Positions 29,901-34,144 of a stretch of 64,000 bases of DNA are shown piece after piece. This DNA is from an uncultured Candidatus Saccharibacteria bacterium (GTDB lineage: Bacteria > Patescibacteriota > Minisyncoccia > Phycocordibacterales > UBA918), in contig CAYGJY010000001.1 of NCBI GenBank assembly GCA_964350645.1, positions 399,939 through 463,938 of the forward strand, given 5' to 3'. The first letter of the stretch is position 1. The number at the start of each line of letters is the position of its first letter. The notes under the pieces were generated by a model that was given only the letters and a program-made list of their open reading frames with translations, was not told the DNA's origin and did no database searches. The translations under genes and the position numbers were made by a program.

Positions 29901-31959
29901 TCTCCTCAACCTCCTCAGGCACAGATTCAGTCGTGCTAGCTTCAAAAATCTCTTCGATCACATTAGTAATCTCTGCTTCGAACTCTGTCTCAACAACTGG
30001 ATCTCCAACTGGTACGAACGCAGGAGTTATTTGTCGTGAAATATCAAAAATATCTTGACCGGTTGGATTATCCGTTTGTTCCCAACCAGCCTCACAGTGA
30101 TAGACATACGAACGATACTCTGGCACAACGACCTCTTTTGGCTTATTTATATTCCATTCTTCAAGACTAAGTACTTCACCAGCTCCCGTTGGGAAATATG
30201 TTTTCAAACTAAACTCGTCTTCATTGTCGCTCTCGTTCGTAACATTGAAATATGTCACTGTCTTGGTGAGACCGGAGTAGTCAGTTTTGTCAGACTTAAT
30301 AATCAAAGTCTCATCTTCGTTTTCATCTGTGAAAGAGAAATTAATTACCGTACCATCTGGGAGCACCAATTGATCACCCGATAAAACCTGATCACTGAAG
30401 CCCGTATCAGCTAGCACTGAATCGATGTCGATATCAGACAAGTTAGTAGCCTCAAGTGTGAAAAGCTCTAACCACACACTCTCAATAAAGATATTTTCTA
30501 AGGCACGCGGGTCATGTTCATAACGTAACTGAATCACTAGATCATCAAGTACTGCAGGATCAGTAATAGTTGGCAACGCAAATAAGAAGTACCCACCATT
30601 AATACTATTTGATGCTTCACCATCAATTAAAATACTTGACCCTTCATCATACGTAGCACCGTCATCGAGTGAGTAGTGTACCTTGAGTTCCTGAATGACA
30701 TCGCGAGTAATCTTCTCTTTCGCTGCAAACGAAACCCGTAACTGTACGTTACCAAGTTCAAGTTCTTCATTAAAAATTGGCAAACCAAAACCTTCGAGGG
30801 TCATGGTATACGGTGCGCACTTCTCTTCACACAAAGGCACCGAGACAGACTCTGATTCAGTAGACTCCTGACCAGCTTGACCATTAGTCTCGCTGACTGG
30901 CGTCGTCGTTGCTATATCTAGTTCTACTTCATCGCTACTAGTAGATACAGTACTAGTAGCAAGTTCAGTTAGATCAGGTTCTGCAGTGGTCGTGGTTGCT
31001 GGCAAAACGTCTTCAGTAGTAACTTCTGGTGTCACAGTAGCTGTAGTTGTCGCAGCCATTACTTGTTGAGCTGGAGTATTAGTCGCTCTAGATGTGCGCT
31101 CAGTATCAAGGACGACCTCATCATCAACCACAGGTAACACTTCCGCTGCCTCATCACCAGTTGTTGAAGCTGACTCCGTAAATGGCAATAGATCAATTGC
31201 TGAAGCCAAAGCAAATTCAAAGAAACTGGTGACTCGTTTGGAGATAGTAGTTGAAGAAGAATTTTCCGGCGTCACGGCAGGGACTTCAAGTACCTCCATT
31301 TCTTCTACTTCTTCTTCACCTTCAGTTTCAGTTTCAGTTTCAGTTTCAGTTTCAGTTTCAGTTTCAGTTTCAACAATAGGTTCTTCGTCAGACTCTTCAA
31401 CTACCGTATCCACTATTTCGACTGGTTGCTCTAGCTCTTCTATCGCAGCTTCAGTACCAGTTGCTGTAGTTGCTTCGGAATTCTCTTGATCGACGTCAAC
31501 AACACTCTCTACCTCTTCTGATGACACATCAGCTGTAGTCAGCTTTGAGTCTTCTGTAACATCAGATGAAGACTCAAGCACAACTTCATCCTTATCCTGG
31601 TAACGGCGCTGATAACCGATATGCTGAGTGCTATCAATATAGGCTGAGTTAATTTTGTTGAAATCTTGATAGAGGGAGAACGCTTCAACATTTTGATCAC
31701 GTACAGTATCGACATTTCTCCATCCTTCTGTCTTAACCGTGTCGGGGAAGACATGTACAGTTTGAATGGTATAACGTTGTCCGGCCGTACTTTGGGCATA
31801 GACAAGCGCAGATGTAGAAATGAGAAGCGTAACTGCAAATGTAAGCAGGGTAAACTTGCGAGCACTACTAAAACACCCGATTTGTAATTTTATCGCTTTA
31901 AATAAGGATTTTATGAAGTTTTCTTTGGTTTTGTGAGAGTGAAATCTCATTACCAACAA
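11983..31959 (-). CDS. Giant (6658 aa) surface/adhesin-like protein: TM anchor, acidic region, DUF2341 and LamG modules, IgGFc-binding-like, Fn3 and lectin-like units, beta-helix repeats, C-terminal WGIAIP domain
   Basis: 20-kb uninterrupted ORF; DUF2341-like W..R.PI..DIRF..IY.YYGN (4 copies); LamG (WKHMVVV..LYVDG..DEFR); YWWRVRA.D Fn3; many GxF.N.GTF.A.. repeats. The true start may be ATG 31950. Confidence 0.85.
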   Translation of the reverse strand: MLVMRFHSHKTKENFIKSLFKAIKLQIGCFSSARKFTLLTFAVTLLISTSALVYAQSTAGQRYTIQTVHVFPDTVKTEGWRNVDTVRDQNVEAFSLYQDFNKINSAYIDSTQHIGYQRRYQDKDEVVLESSSDVTEDSKLTTADVSSEEVESVVDVDQENSEATTATGTEAAIEELEQPVEIVDTVVEESDEEPIVETETETETETETETETEGEEEVEEMEVLEVPAVTPENSSSTTISKRVTSFFEFALASAIDLLPFTESASTTGDEAAEVLPVVDDEVVLDTERTSRATNTPAQQVMAATTTATVTPEVTTEDVLPATTTTAEPDLTELATSTVSTSSDEVELDIATTTPVSETNGQAGQESTESESVSVPLCEEKCAPYTMTLEGFGLPIFNEELELGNVQLRVSFAAKEKITRDVIQELKVHYSLDDGATYDEGSSILIDGEASNSINGGYFLFALPTITDPAVLDDLVIQLRYEHDPRALENIFIESVWLELFTLEATNLSDIDIDSVLADTGFSDQVLSGDQLVLPDGTVINFSFTDENEDETLIIKSDKTDYSGLTKTVTYFNVTNESDNEDEFSLKTYFPTGAGEVLSLEEWNINKPKEVVVPEYRSYVYHCEAGWEQTDNPTGQDIFDISRQITPAFVPVGDPVVETEFEAEITNVIEEIFEASTTESVPEEVEEITTPDEIEPESVSSEVLDTESASETPAATAVPEEDLFATTTAFRSAGQTLLPFAQAMSALNIPAVGTSSIRATTSLSTASSSLTSTEDAAQMYSCRDTNIIRTCDSLDGDNTSCVVDNVKVREHEMTKYLPNWESEPIATGTPPDTRGLVKKTFDFFGFGPDIKPVPDHFEVSNHTPNTYKIAPGETKYFKMEISFPPFTQGEFWIEAIGDSEYGLLDPFWSSLWRYRKPIEIDNRNGATSTEQQVFLEITPAESDFWSNVNSDGSDIRFIQEVPGNTDDWYDVNWDNRLPITIQASEVDATLSNFPVYVNLADLGADFFANVQSDGDDIRITTADGQSELSREIVSIDTGAETGELHFKADSISSSVDTTFYIYYGNAAAPGYVADDPFGSESVWTNGFILNYHLEEDASGNGNAGLYQDATSNDYDGDDEITATGKSGKLGRGQEILARDTNPDDYILVPSDALNGENELSFSFWFNTSQNGDQSIINAGANNELILFLRNTQITLFDGSAQDIFTFDKDVTGTGWKHMVVVRDANSSEWRLYVDGVEDNESPSAEAMTALSVPADCIMIGGEQDTSCLSVGDNQQNYEGFLDEFRVHDNVLSADWISASFRNQSTSTDFYATSTSQVVIPTTFNELDHWVQHFDNTADEADIWVQVNEVPGNATSTIYLYYGNDSATSESDEYEPFTYSTTTDLYYVVNDTQTNDIVVYSLIDNNEVSIDGGAPVTLQSGETTSFTSAQYASTSVISALGPITARSIDNSSEPPVPISFATTTHISSTNRGSEDLYIHAPFTAAAVDVFAGAAVTPTVSGTISAGATSLFSLTLGGSDVPVVESDEPILFYQNSPGDSFVAYPPTLRDLYGVRSNNYRYAAITSGTSVEIYCSSGTANGTTTGMNRGAQQSNSFCANGSGGAGDGVRLTNQTSPIGASQEADGDGTETSRFLPTPEFGTRYIIPQSAEYVSIVCAPRFGEVNIEVQTAAGGFLDSGTCTPTGEYPGALNINPASDYGPGTQVVATDNKPFYMYYDHIETGLDNDDETNTWSAVQAKKFNALYLNSTFGAEEENQDAQYEQLNYRWYVNTNAITPTTPWPLDDGDSANEGDAITGTESLNGGDVVRLRMNLLANNGTGTVDSTAFVLQYAEANSCAAVTDNSWRDLGDIGSTTAAFAGYDNAGVADGDALPSTLLSDSDVEASYEEQNFSATLPNEVGNGEAVEFDWVITAVSGVITPNANYCFRMIRSTEEELVTYTTYPELATAGPPETPITTERFDNEHASSTQPTLEFVASDQGGDELDYQVQVSTDNTFASTLIDSNSDTDLFDFANVLIPSDKTPFNNGQLIRYTPPSALSNGVTYWWRVRAIDPDGSNTFSAWTSPQSFTINTSITVSEWFQTTDEQFETNSLSSAVSSGSDSIEPDIGGSSLIGEYGSVALTNGATTTVNLNNSFTNPVVVGSVRYARSIASPNQPAARVFNKTATTFDVLAENFSKDSSGTSTFDYIVMEAGDYLMDNGDDGLRVFATSTSVSAIAGNTIPTDPGGTDIVFPTSFSGQPAVMTMVTTINDQDWVVSSVYDGNDISNPPTASQVSVYLNDNLDANGHTAAEDIDIVVFDTGIGTNNLVPFDVFNTGIDGTAGFVDDVPDTFNFAQTFGSAPGVVVVQMSTMNGTQGGYAQVDTDTPPTATDVTVSVEEGGNGADRGHADEDVAIIAFEDSSGDIIRAGTAQVVSTPIDFDDADVGNAWGEVDFNDAGTITYQIEYNTGSGFQDIPDSDLPGNSAGFTSGPINILNLDTVTYNEIRLVANFGGVNPELFDWRVTWGQRVETPTLGDPFDNEKTVDTTPTFDFTTTDPQGDDLQYEISYSTDPTFLTSSTTINSTTTPANFANLTTPADTGPFNSGDTITYTIPGGSPLSDGETYWWRVRAKDPDASNSFSPWSVADNFTVDTGVSISTWFQTTQAQFAEGVLDGVTASTSDSIELSNDIGEYGTTTVNNNDWTTVNTLLTYDNMVVVASPKYAFNGSTNGRTVQVRNKTADSFEIKAENYTLSLAGATDIDYIVMEAGDWQIQDGGGGLRIIAGTQESVSVVEGSNPGYTTGSVVDFNPDFGSTPGALVTVSSANGSKWVGAFVDDGTQTGEVGTTEMHVSLGISLDTDTVRVPEDIDYIAFEVGTGDNNGTLFDAFNTGNTITESETESATTFNQTFSSAPQVIVVQNNANNGGDGGFAQVDTDTVVTATDLDITIAEIGASAGNHATEDVSVLAFENGTGIITRESSSGGGLSGTIASEEVLFSDGLGPKFDRALFSSTGSGTTTLQIQYQTGGGLWELIPDVDLPGNSTGFTSSPVDLTGVDVATYPVIRLFATLQCAAASCPSLDDWTVEWSEGVTMTGTLKEYDRLTNVANATVTVSVNGGVANRTGVVTAGIWSISNVTAFAGDTVTVFASTTNDAEEAVGVFVYDGLGDMTGVELFEQHLSFSSDETRTITLSKLAASDNSTTGNDNVFFDVDGSGNLLVCAVGSCSDANLYIGSNNVFIPATSTNEVITTHDFVNYGTTTLSGNTLNVSGSWDNQGDLTTGTAAVVFTATAGSETLSDADGTLDFNDLTFGSGSGSATWQSYNPIDLSDDLVVAFGTFDRSSSTINVAGDVTIQSSGVISGVATTTFDSAGLSIWTDNSAAKQNLGTVIVDGTAKTVRLGSSVLADSLTIGANDTLNAGGAFTLSLEGDFTNNNVFTARTGTIAIVGTATDAVITTGGSSLYSFRASTTDGGSVSFNQTSVTMLGDFTIATGTVTLPTTSTLIGGSFSNTGGTFAHNNAEVRFTGSGTRTIQTNGSVFLNNFYDVSFTGSAQWSFLDTNATTSNTFAISNGTVVFPSGQLSIARDFTTTGSGAFDANGGEVLFLARSADNITANGSSFNDVRIRQGTPVRGGDFDSAWLYRDVITINATEVDDDLTDFPVYVDLSDFDSSFFANVNADGGDIRITESDGLTEVPREIVSISTGGETGELYFKATTLSSTTNSTFYVYYGNSGESDYLIDDPLGAENVWDDDFLAVYHMEDEDAVDSTSFDRDATAVGTLTTTTGILGTAVSITDSGGDDYINLNSNLSELNGGSEVTISTWVNVNEDGADDVLFATQSGTPILIWDNISGTTNNDTYTFSVGGTGTGNRVDAAPTGISAGGTWQLVTSAMQAGNRYIYVDGVLRNTRTGAETTIPTNTGGSNIGRWQTAFDFGGLVDEFRISQIERSADWIAAEYSNMSAPTTFYSVTSGGGTSTRIFADASVTATGDVVIESASAQFPSTNFSIGGSFDNDATFSAGTGAVTFNANTTGHSVAPGVSSFYTLAFNGDGGGWTVTEAATATNAITLIDGNDFTVDTALTLESTGTFSNAMSNASTSWAGATLLLSGGGDFTFNDKTNDGDDYNILSITGDGDIAMWNSTAATYDTQDTASIYSQDHAGNSGDLYIFGEYVRSAGTEHWSYATDFDGADLSGGSERQVDVRVANGASVIASSSNLSIIGTSSASTTVDAQSGSFALATEGATLNAEYFTMTGTDPSGFQLLSSTTVTTFDNLLFTIPAVSSAVTVDASTIDTNPAAQYFNTDFVTGGGNVNVTLSGSPNSFWWFREGSGDRYGEDYDTGDLDPGNIRWDDSNYQITVAGTVYADDGASTLGGPTCDGVTDAVTIVVDGGAYTDSVPCAGLDGSYSFSNVSYGGDPTIVVYLDNVAAKGSIVTRTPTGDIIDLDVYANRVMTRHEDVAPMTIARMAVFDETDDPDLRFVAATGTTNTLIVRPETELLIASSTTFIPGGNITLQSGGSGAVYDGSLHIDNSAIFTAATNQSHSIGGSFFQDTGSTFTAASTTFTFTATTTGKAITHDDATLTTFRELAFTGVGGGWNINSDLLIGADMTVATGTVTGTGDITLQAGTFSGDGLVSMGGGEVTVETTTELGGTQGWTFFDLTLGNGAVTGTTTRTNTATTTVGGVLTIAAGHFLDAGSSFWSLTGSGTIFVESGTFLEDTSTVTYGGVASANILSTPYYNLTIAGSAGTPVYSFGALGVLVQNDLVVAGTAPTTANLNTSDPVMTVLGDVRIGANGTLSASDSNTLTLSGSFTNTGTFNANSGLVYFDGTGAHTIAAGGSDFADLTLAGTGLATFTESATSSNDVVFASTSLVTVNPSTQFAVGGTFSNEVGGGATTWTGSTLYLYGGQAYEINASTTTDVYENIIVGASTHPRMWNSIVGSVTTNGGSLYSMDHTDITGDLYIFGDYQNSTFSDYWSYAIDFDGTDLTGGNERQVDVYVEGGGSASWTAGALRAIGTSTATTTIQNQGSGTYALIVGGTTAFNWNEVLVRNIDSDGVQFTGTPIVSGFANLDLLAEINSASMVSVQGSVINANPAKNFSGSSFNADTGVTGAINVELLGSSLSAWRFTEHSGNRDGEDYDLDTGDPGEIIWDDSAAIITISGNVYQSNESSVSTACDDSTTNIVLAIAGSLAQQASSSCSSADGSYSISDISFSANDTLTLYINGEAEKASTVTIDPITSITDMDLYENHVIVRHANTDPITIEDMAVFDSSNDADIPFTAIDAGTDTLTLPANAKLLIWDTKEFAPGGNITLSGGGAGAAYDGTLEARADAIFTAAGSESHSIGGSLIFGTDAVFEAANSTFTFTTDDAGRLIDTNDQAFNTVVFNGAGDWAVTNVTLTTNDDLTITAGSLTLPTATTTVAGSFVNSDTFDANGGRLVFTSGTGGETVTFGGNDANEVVFNGAGSWTISDVNATATDSFVVTTGAVTLPSDTLVVGANFIVLDTITANGGTLALAQNTGTADLTLSNESLGSLDIVGGAEFTMTDVEVNLAGSLTIASGTLNVASTTLAIGGSLDATNGIMNTATGTILFNSSDLGETVNPGANEFYNVVIGGLNGGWIFQTATVTNNFSLSSANQFTLDTNQTLSVGGVFTNAVGGANTTWLSSTLRLLSGTDYSINTKNSGGDVYSTLEIAANTNIRSWDSSATTPKLTAPTSWYSQDHAGTPGDLFIYGDFNIDTTTEFWNNDQNFDGSTLGASARPVTVTFVDAATSSISIGNNGRLEIVGVDAATTTVQSDTGTYGFTFAGGTFEAEYFDISGMDDFGLNLLGTTTVILLDNGSFTLSTSTGAVISLASSALDANASLIIDGTYFYNGGFSGTNVDLEATTTSAWTFRNGGGSLYGEAFDNDGDVSDDCGSIRWDDSDCQLIEQTQYRWRNDDGGLGVPADEWFDTDWDKRQQIRLRNRDASTYTDAAIEITIPYDANMQSDFEDLRFTSDDGTTEIPYWVESFTASTEALVWVSVPTLLSDTVTSIYMYYDNVAVNTTSSSTATFIAADDFEDNNISEYSGQTSDFQTNAAFNFGGSYGLSAVVPGNFSNGGMSRFDQTVSQGEIIRYRQYIDVDDGDSDEICTLFGVQAPVSGFQNYGVCMELFGTERVSLVKNARRNDSFTPVVRLATSSAAFTTAGTGWYEVEIDWQTDDSIDVTVFDPVGSLLASVSAADSTYSSGGYGFTYWTNNGGWDSFLSRPRLNQEPTIYFGVEQTDGGASWAKAQNTTLDTVTIGVPQRLRLAIENGGLDLTGQLLTLEFAGKGAAPTCAAVSGGSYAAVPVDASCGSSAICMATSTTVANGAATVDLLTGTIGDFSAGAFVEDPSNKTAGLSINQGDYTEVEYAVVVTANAADEAYCFRVTDNGSVLDSYARVAELTLQFPPTFGPIQFNLGQNIILNPGGTARVFATTTVTDLNGYTDLDAATSTMFTTTATAACTADNNNCYIATTTPQCSFTNCSGNSCELQCYADFAFHADPTDTDGGELWYAFLEVVDKSGASNLATSPGIDLLTMWALEVDDDIDYGALAVFDDTGSTNASTTVANIGNAAIDIEIEGTDLTDGLTSFIPATQQIFSTSTFTYSSCVDCFNLPSTTPQLIEVDLSKPITVSPPVADEIYWGIAIPFGTKSNPHSGVNTFYVTGD
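31321..31372. repeat. (TTCAGT)8 hexanucleotide microsatellite encoding (ET)n in the giant protein
   Basis: Perfect tandem repeat read directly from the sequence. Confidence 0.95.
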
Positions 31960-32005
31960 GTAGCCCGCCGGTTCATAATATATAACCCGGGGCTATTATA
32001 AATTA

Positions 32006-32036
32006 TAGCGCGCCGGAGGTGATCTCCGGCGCGCTA
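32006..32036. terminator. Perfect 13-bp GC-rich hairpin between the cohesin gene and the giant gene
   Basis: TAGCGCGCCGGAG-gtgat-CTCCGGCGCGCTA. Confidence 0.6.
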
Positions 32037-32067
32037 GGTGTGGATTGATTATACCAAAATAACTTTA

Positions 32068-33597
32068 TTATTTCAGTATTTTCTTCACATCATTAATTTC
32101 TTTTTCGATTAGCGTCTCTGATACTTCAAGCGCCTGGTTCAATCCCTCAACTGCTTCTTTTTCTTTCTTAGACAGTCGAGGTCGTTTAGTGATGGTGTTG
32201 ATTTGATCATAAATTTCATCACGGAGGGCAGAGAAGATTTTTTCCATCTGATCTTGAATTTCACGGGTTTCCTTACGCAGCTTTTCTTCTGTCTTATTAA
32301 ATTGTTTTCGTTCGTAAATGATGTAGATAAATTGTAATACAACAAGTAGGAGCAAAACGATAATAAAGATATTTTTACCAGAGAAGAAATCCCAAATTGA
32401 AGACGCTTCAGCTAAGTCTGACGGCTTAATCCAACCAGCGGTGATAAGAACAGGAACCGTACTGACTGTTTTATTACCAGCCATGTCTGAAGCAGTTACT
32501 TTCACTGTATACGTACCATCTTCAAGATCTTTCAAGAGGTATCCCAGCTTGGCTTCGTCAGGTGTGACTTCAACTGGCTCTCCTCCAGCGATAATCATTT
32601 CATAACTTTCAATACCTGAAGTTTTGTCGATTGCTTCAAAGACTAACAACGGGAAACCAGTCTTACTATTAGCTGCCTGTACATCAATCTTAAATGCTTC
32701 TGGTGGCTGTGTGTCAATCTTAATTAATCGATTAGTGATACCCCCCCAGCCAACCTGGTTCTGGAATTGTACACTTAGGTACTGAATACCTTCGATTAAG
32801 TTTTCACTCGATACAACAAACTCTTCAATTGGTGGATCGAATACCTCTGACGGATCATTGTCTGACGAAGTTGCTAGTTCAACTGCCACTGCAGAAACGT
32901 CAAATGGTAGATCCCAAGCAAAGAGAGCATCAGTTTGGCTATACCAAGTGTCTGGATCGAGGAAAGCTTGCGAACCAACTTCTGGTGCACGAGGCGGATC
33001 TCCAAAAGCAATTGCAGCATTACTTTCTTCTGACTCAGGTTGTGGCGTGGTTGTTTGTTCTGGCTGAGCTACTGGTTCTGGTGTAGTAGCCGCTGCAACC
33101 GTAAAGGTTGCACCTGGTGAATTTTCTAGCACATCGGTACCACGCCCGTCAGCCGCAAGCGCTGAAGCATTATCAAATGAGACCGAACCCGAACCAACTG
33201 CATTGGCTCTAAAGGTCACTACCAAAAGTGACGATCTAGCGGTAAATGGTGTTGGACTACCCCCACCAAATTCAATCGTCCCAGCTGAGTTTGAGAAAGC
33301 TGGTTCTGTTGTCCAGAGTGAAAAAACCGAACCAGTTTTGGAAACATTGACGACTGACAATACTGCAGGGTCAAACGATAGTTTTGCCTCAACGGCATTA
33401 ACACTCGCACCATTTGGGACAGCCTGAATAGTGGCAGTAAACGTCTGACCAGCTGTGAATGAACCCGAGGCAGGAGAGATAACAACATCAGCTGCATCAG
33501 CCTGCGCAGCAAACAGAAAAAAAGCTGCAGCACACACGAGTGCCAAAACAAGTTTTTGTATTATTGAAAAATAAGAACGTACCCCAAAGACCACCAT
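32068..33597 (-). CDS. Cohesin-domain membrane protein with Ig-like domains, TM helix and cytoplasmic coiled-coil tail
   Basis: QADA|ADVVISP; VNAVEAKLSFDPAVLSVVNVSK..LWTTEPAFSNSAGTIEFGGGSP..ALAADGRGTDVL; TM IFIIVLLLLVVLQFIYIIY; charged helical tail. Confidence 0.85.
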   Translation of the reverse strand: MVVFGVRSYFSIIQKLVLALVCAAAFFLFAAQADAADVVISPASGSFTAGQTFTATIQAVPNGASVNAVEAKLSFDPAVLSVVNVSKTGSVFSLWTTEPAFSNSAGTIEFGGGSPTPFTARSSLLVVTFRANAVGSGSVSFDNASALAADGRGTDVLENSPGATFTVAAATTPEPVAQPEQTTTPQPESEESNAAIAFGDPPRAPEVGSQAFLDPDTWYSQTDALFAWDLPFDVSAVAVELATSSDNDPSEVFDPPIEEFVVSSENLIEGIQYLSVQFQNQVGWGGITNRLIKIDTQPPEAFKIDVQAANSKTGFPLLVFEAIDKTSGIESYEMIIAGGEPVEVTPDEAKLGYLLKDLEDGTYTVKVTASDMAGNKTVSTVPVLITAGWIKPSDLAEASSIWDFFSGKNIFIIVLLLLVVLQFIYIIYERKQFNKTEEKLRKETREIQDQMEKIFSALRDEIYDQINTITKRPRLSKKEKEAVEGLNQALEVSETLIEKEINDVKKILK

Positions 33598-33613
33598 AGA
33601 ACTAATACTTATA

Positions 33614-34081
33614 TTATGACATACGCTTCCGCCGTTTATCCTTAGTTATCTTCAGTTGGACTTTTTCTTTCTCCTCCGCTTTCAAAAGTGGCAACACAAG
33701 CACTAGGACACCGTTTTTAATTTTTGCCTCAGCTCGCTCAATGTCGACACTTTCAGGCAAAATAATGCGGCGATAAAAATCACCCCACACACACTCTTCC
33801 GTAAAGAATGCCCCATCAGGTTTCTTTTTTGGAAAAGCGAGGAACTCAGGACGCAGACGTCTCCCTTCGATTAAGACAATGTCTGCATCTCCCTCAATTG
33901 ACACTTGAATGTCACTCAAGTCAGTACCGGCCGCCTGTGCGTAGACAATAATTAAATCGTCAGTCTGAAAGACATCGACGTTCAGCTGGACAATTTTATC
34001 AAGAGCAGTCTCCTCTTCACTCGATAATAATTTCTCGCCCGAACGAACACCGCGAGTTTTAAGTCTTTGTAAAAAGGACAT
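33614..34081 (-). CDS. Hsp20/alpha-crystallin small heat-shock protein
   Basis: VDVFQT.., ECVWGDFYRRIILPESVD...AEAKIKNGVLVLVLP. Confidence 0.9.
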   Translation of the reverse strand: MSFLQRLKTRGVRSGEKLLSSEEETALDKIVQLNVDVFQTDDLIIVYAQAAGTDLSDIQVSIEGDADIVLIEGRRLRPEFLAFPKKKPDGAFFTEECVWGDFYRRIILPESVDIERAEAKIKNGVLVLVLPLLKAEEKEKVQLKITKDKRRKRMS

Positions 34082-34144
34082 ATTAAACCAATTATAGCTT
34101 GCTTTACCCGGAATCGAATACTGACTTTCCCACAGGTCAAGGTA

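Noticed and set aside
31321-31372. Phase-variation frameshift tract or CRISPR array
   Set aside because: The unit is 6 nt and keeps the frame, and there are no spacers. I saw no repeat-spacer array or cas gene anywhere in the window.
12216-31887. Many 60-220-aa ORFs overlapping the giant and other long genes
   Set aside because: These are antisense or alternate-frame shadows of Thr/Ser/Gly-rich coding sequence with no recognisable motifs.
11983-31959. Type V autotransporter or RTX/T1SS substrate
   Set aside because: Despite beta-helix-like repeats, there is no C-terminal beta-barrel ending in an aromatic residue, no clear GGxGxD nonapeptide array, and no outer-membrane components nearby.
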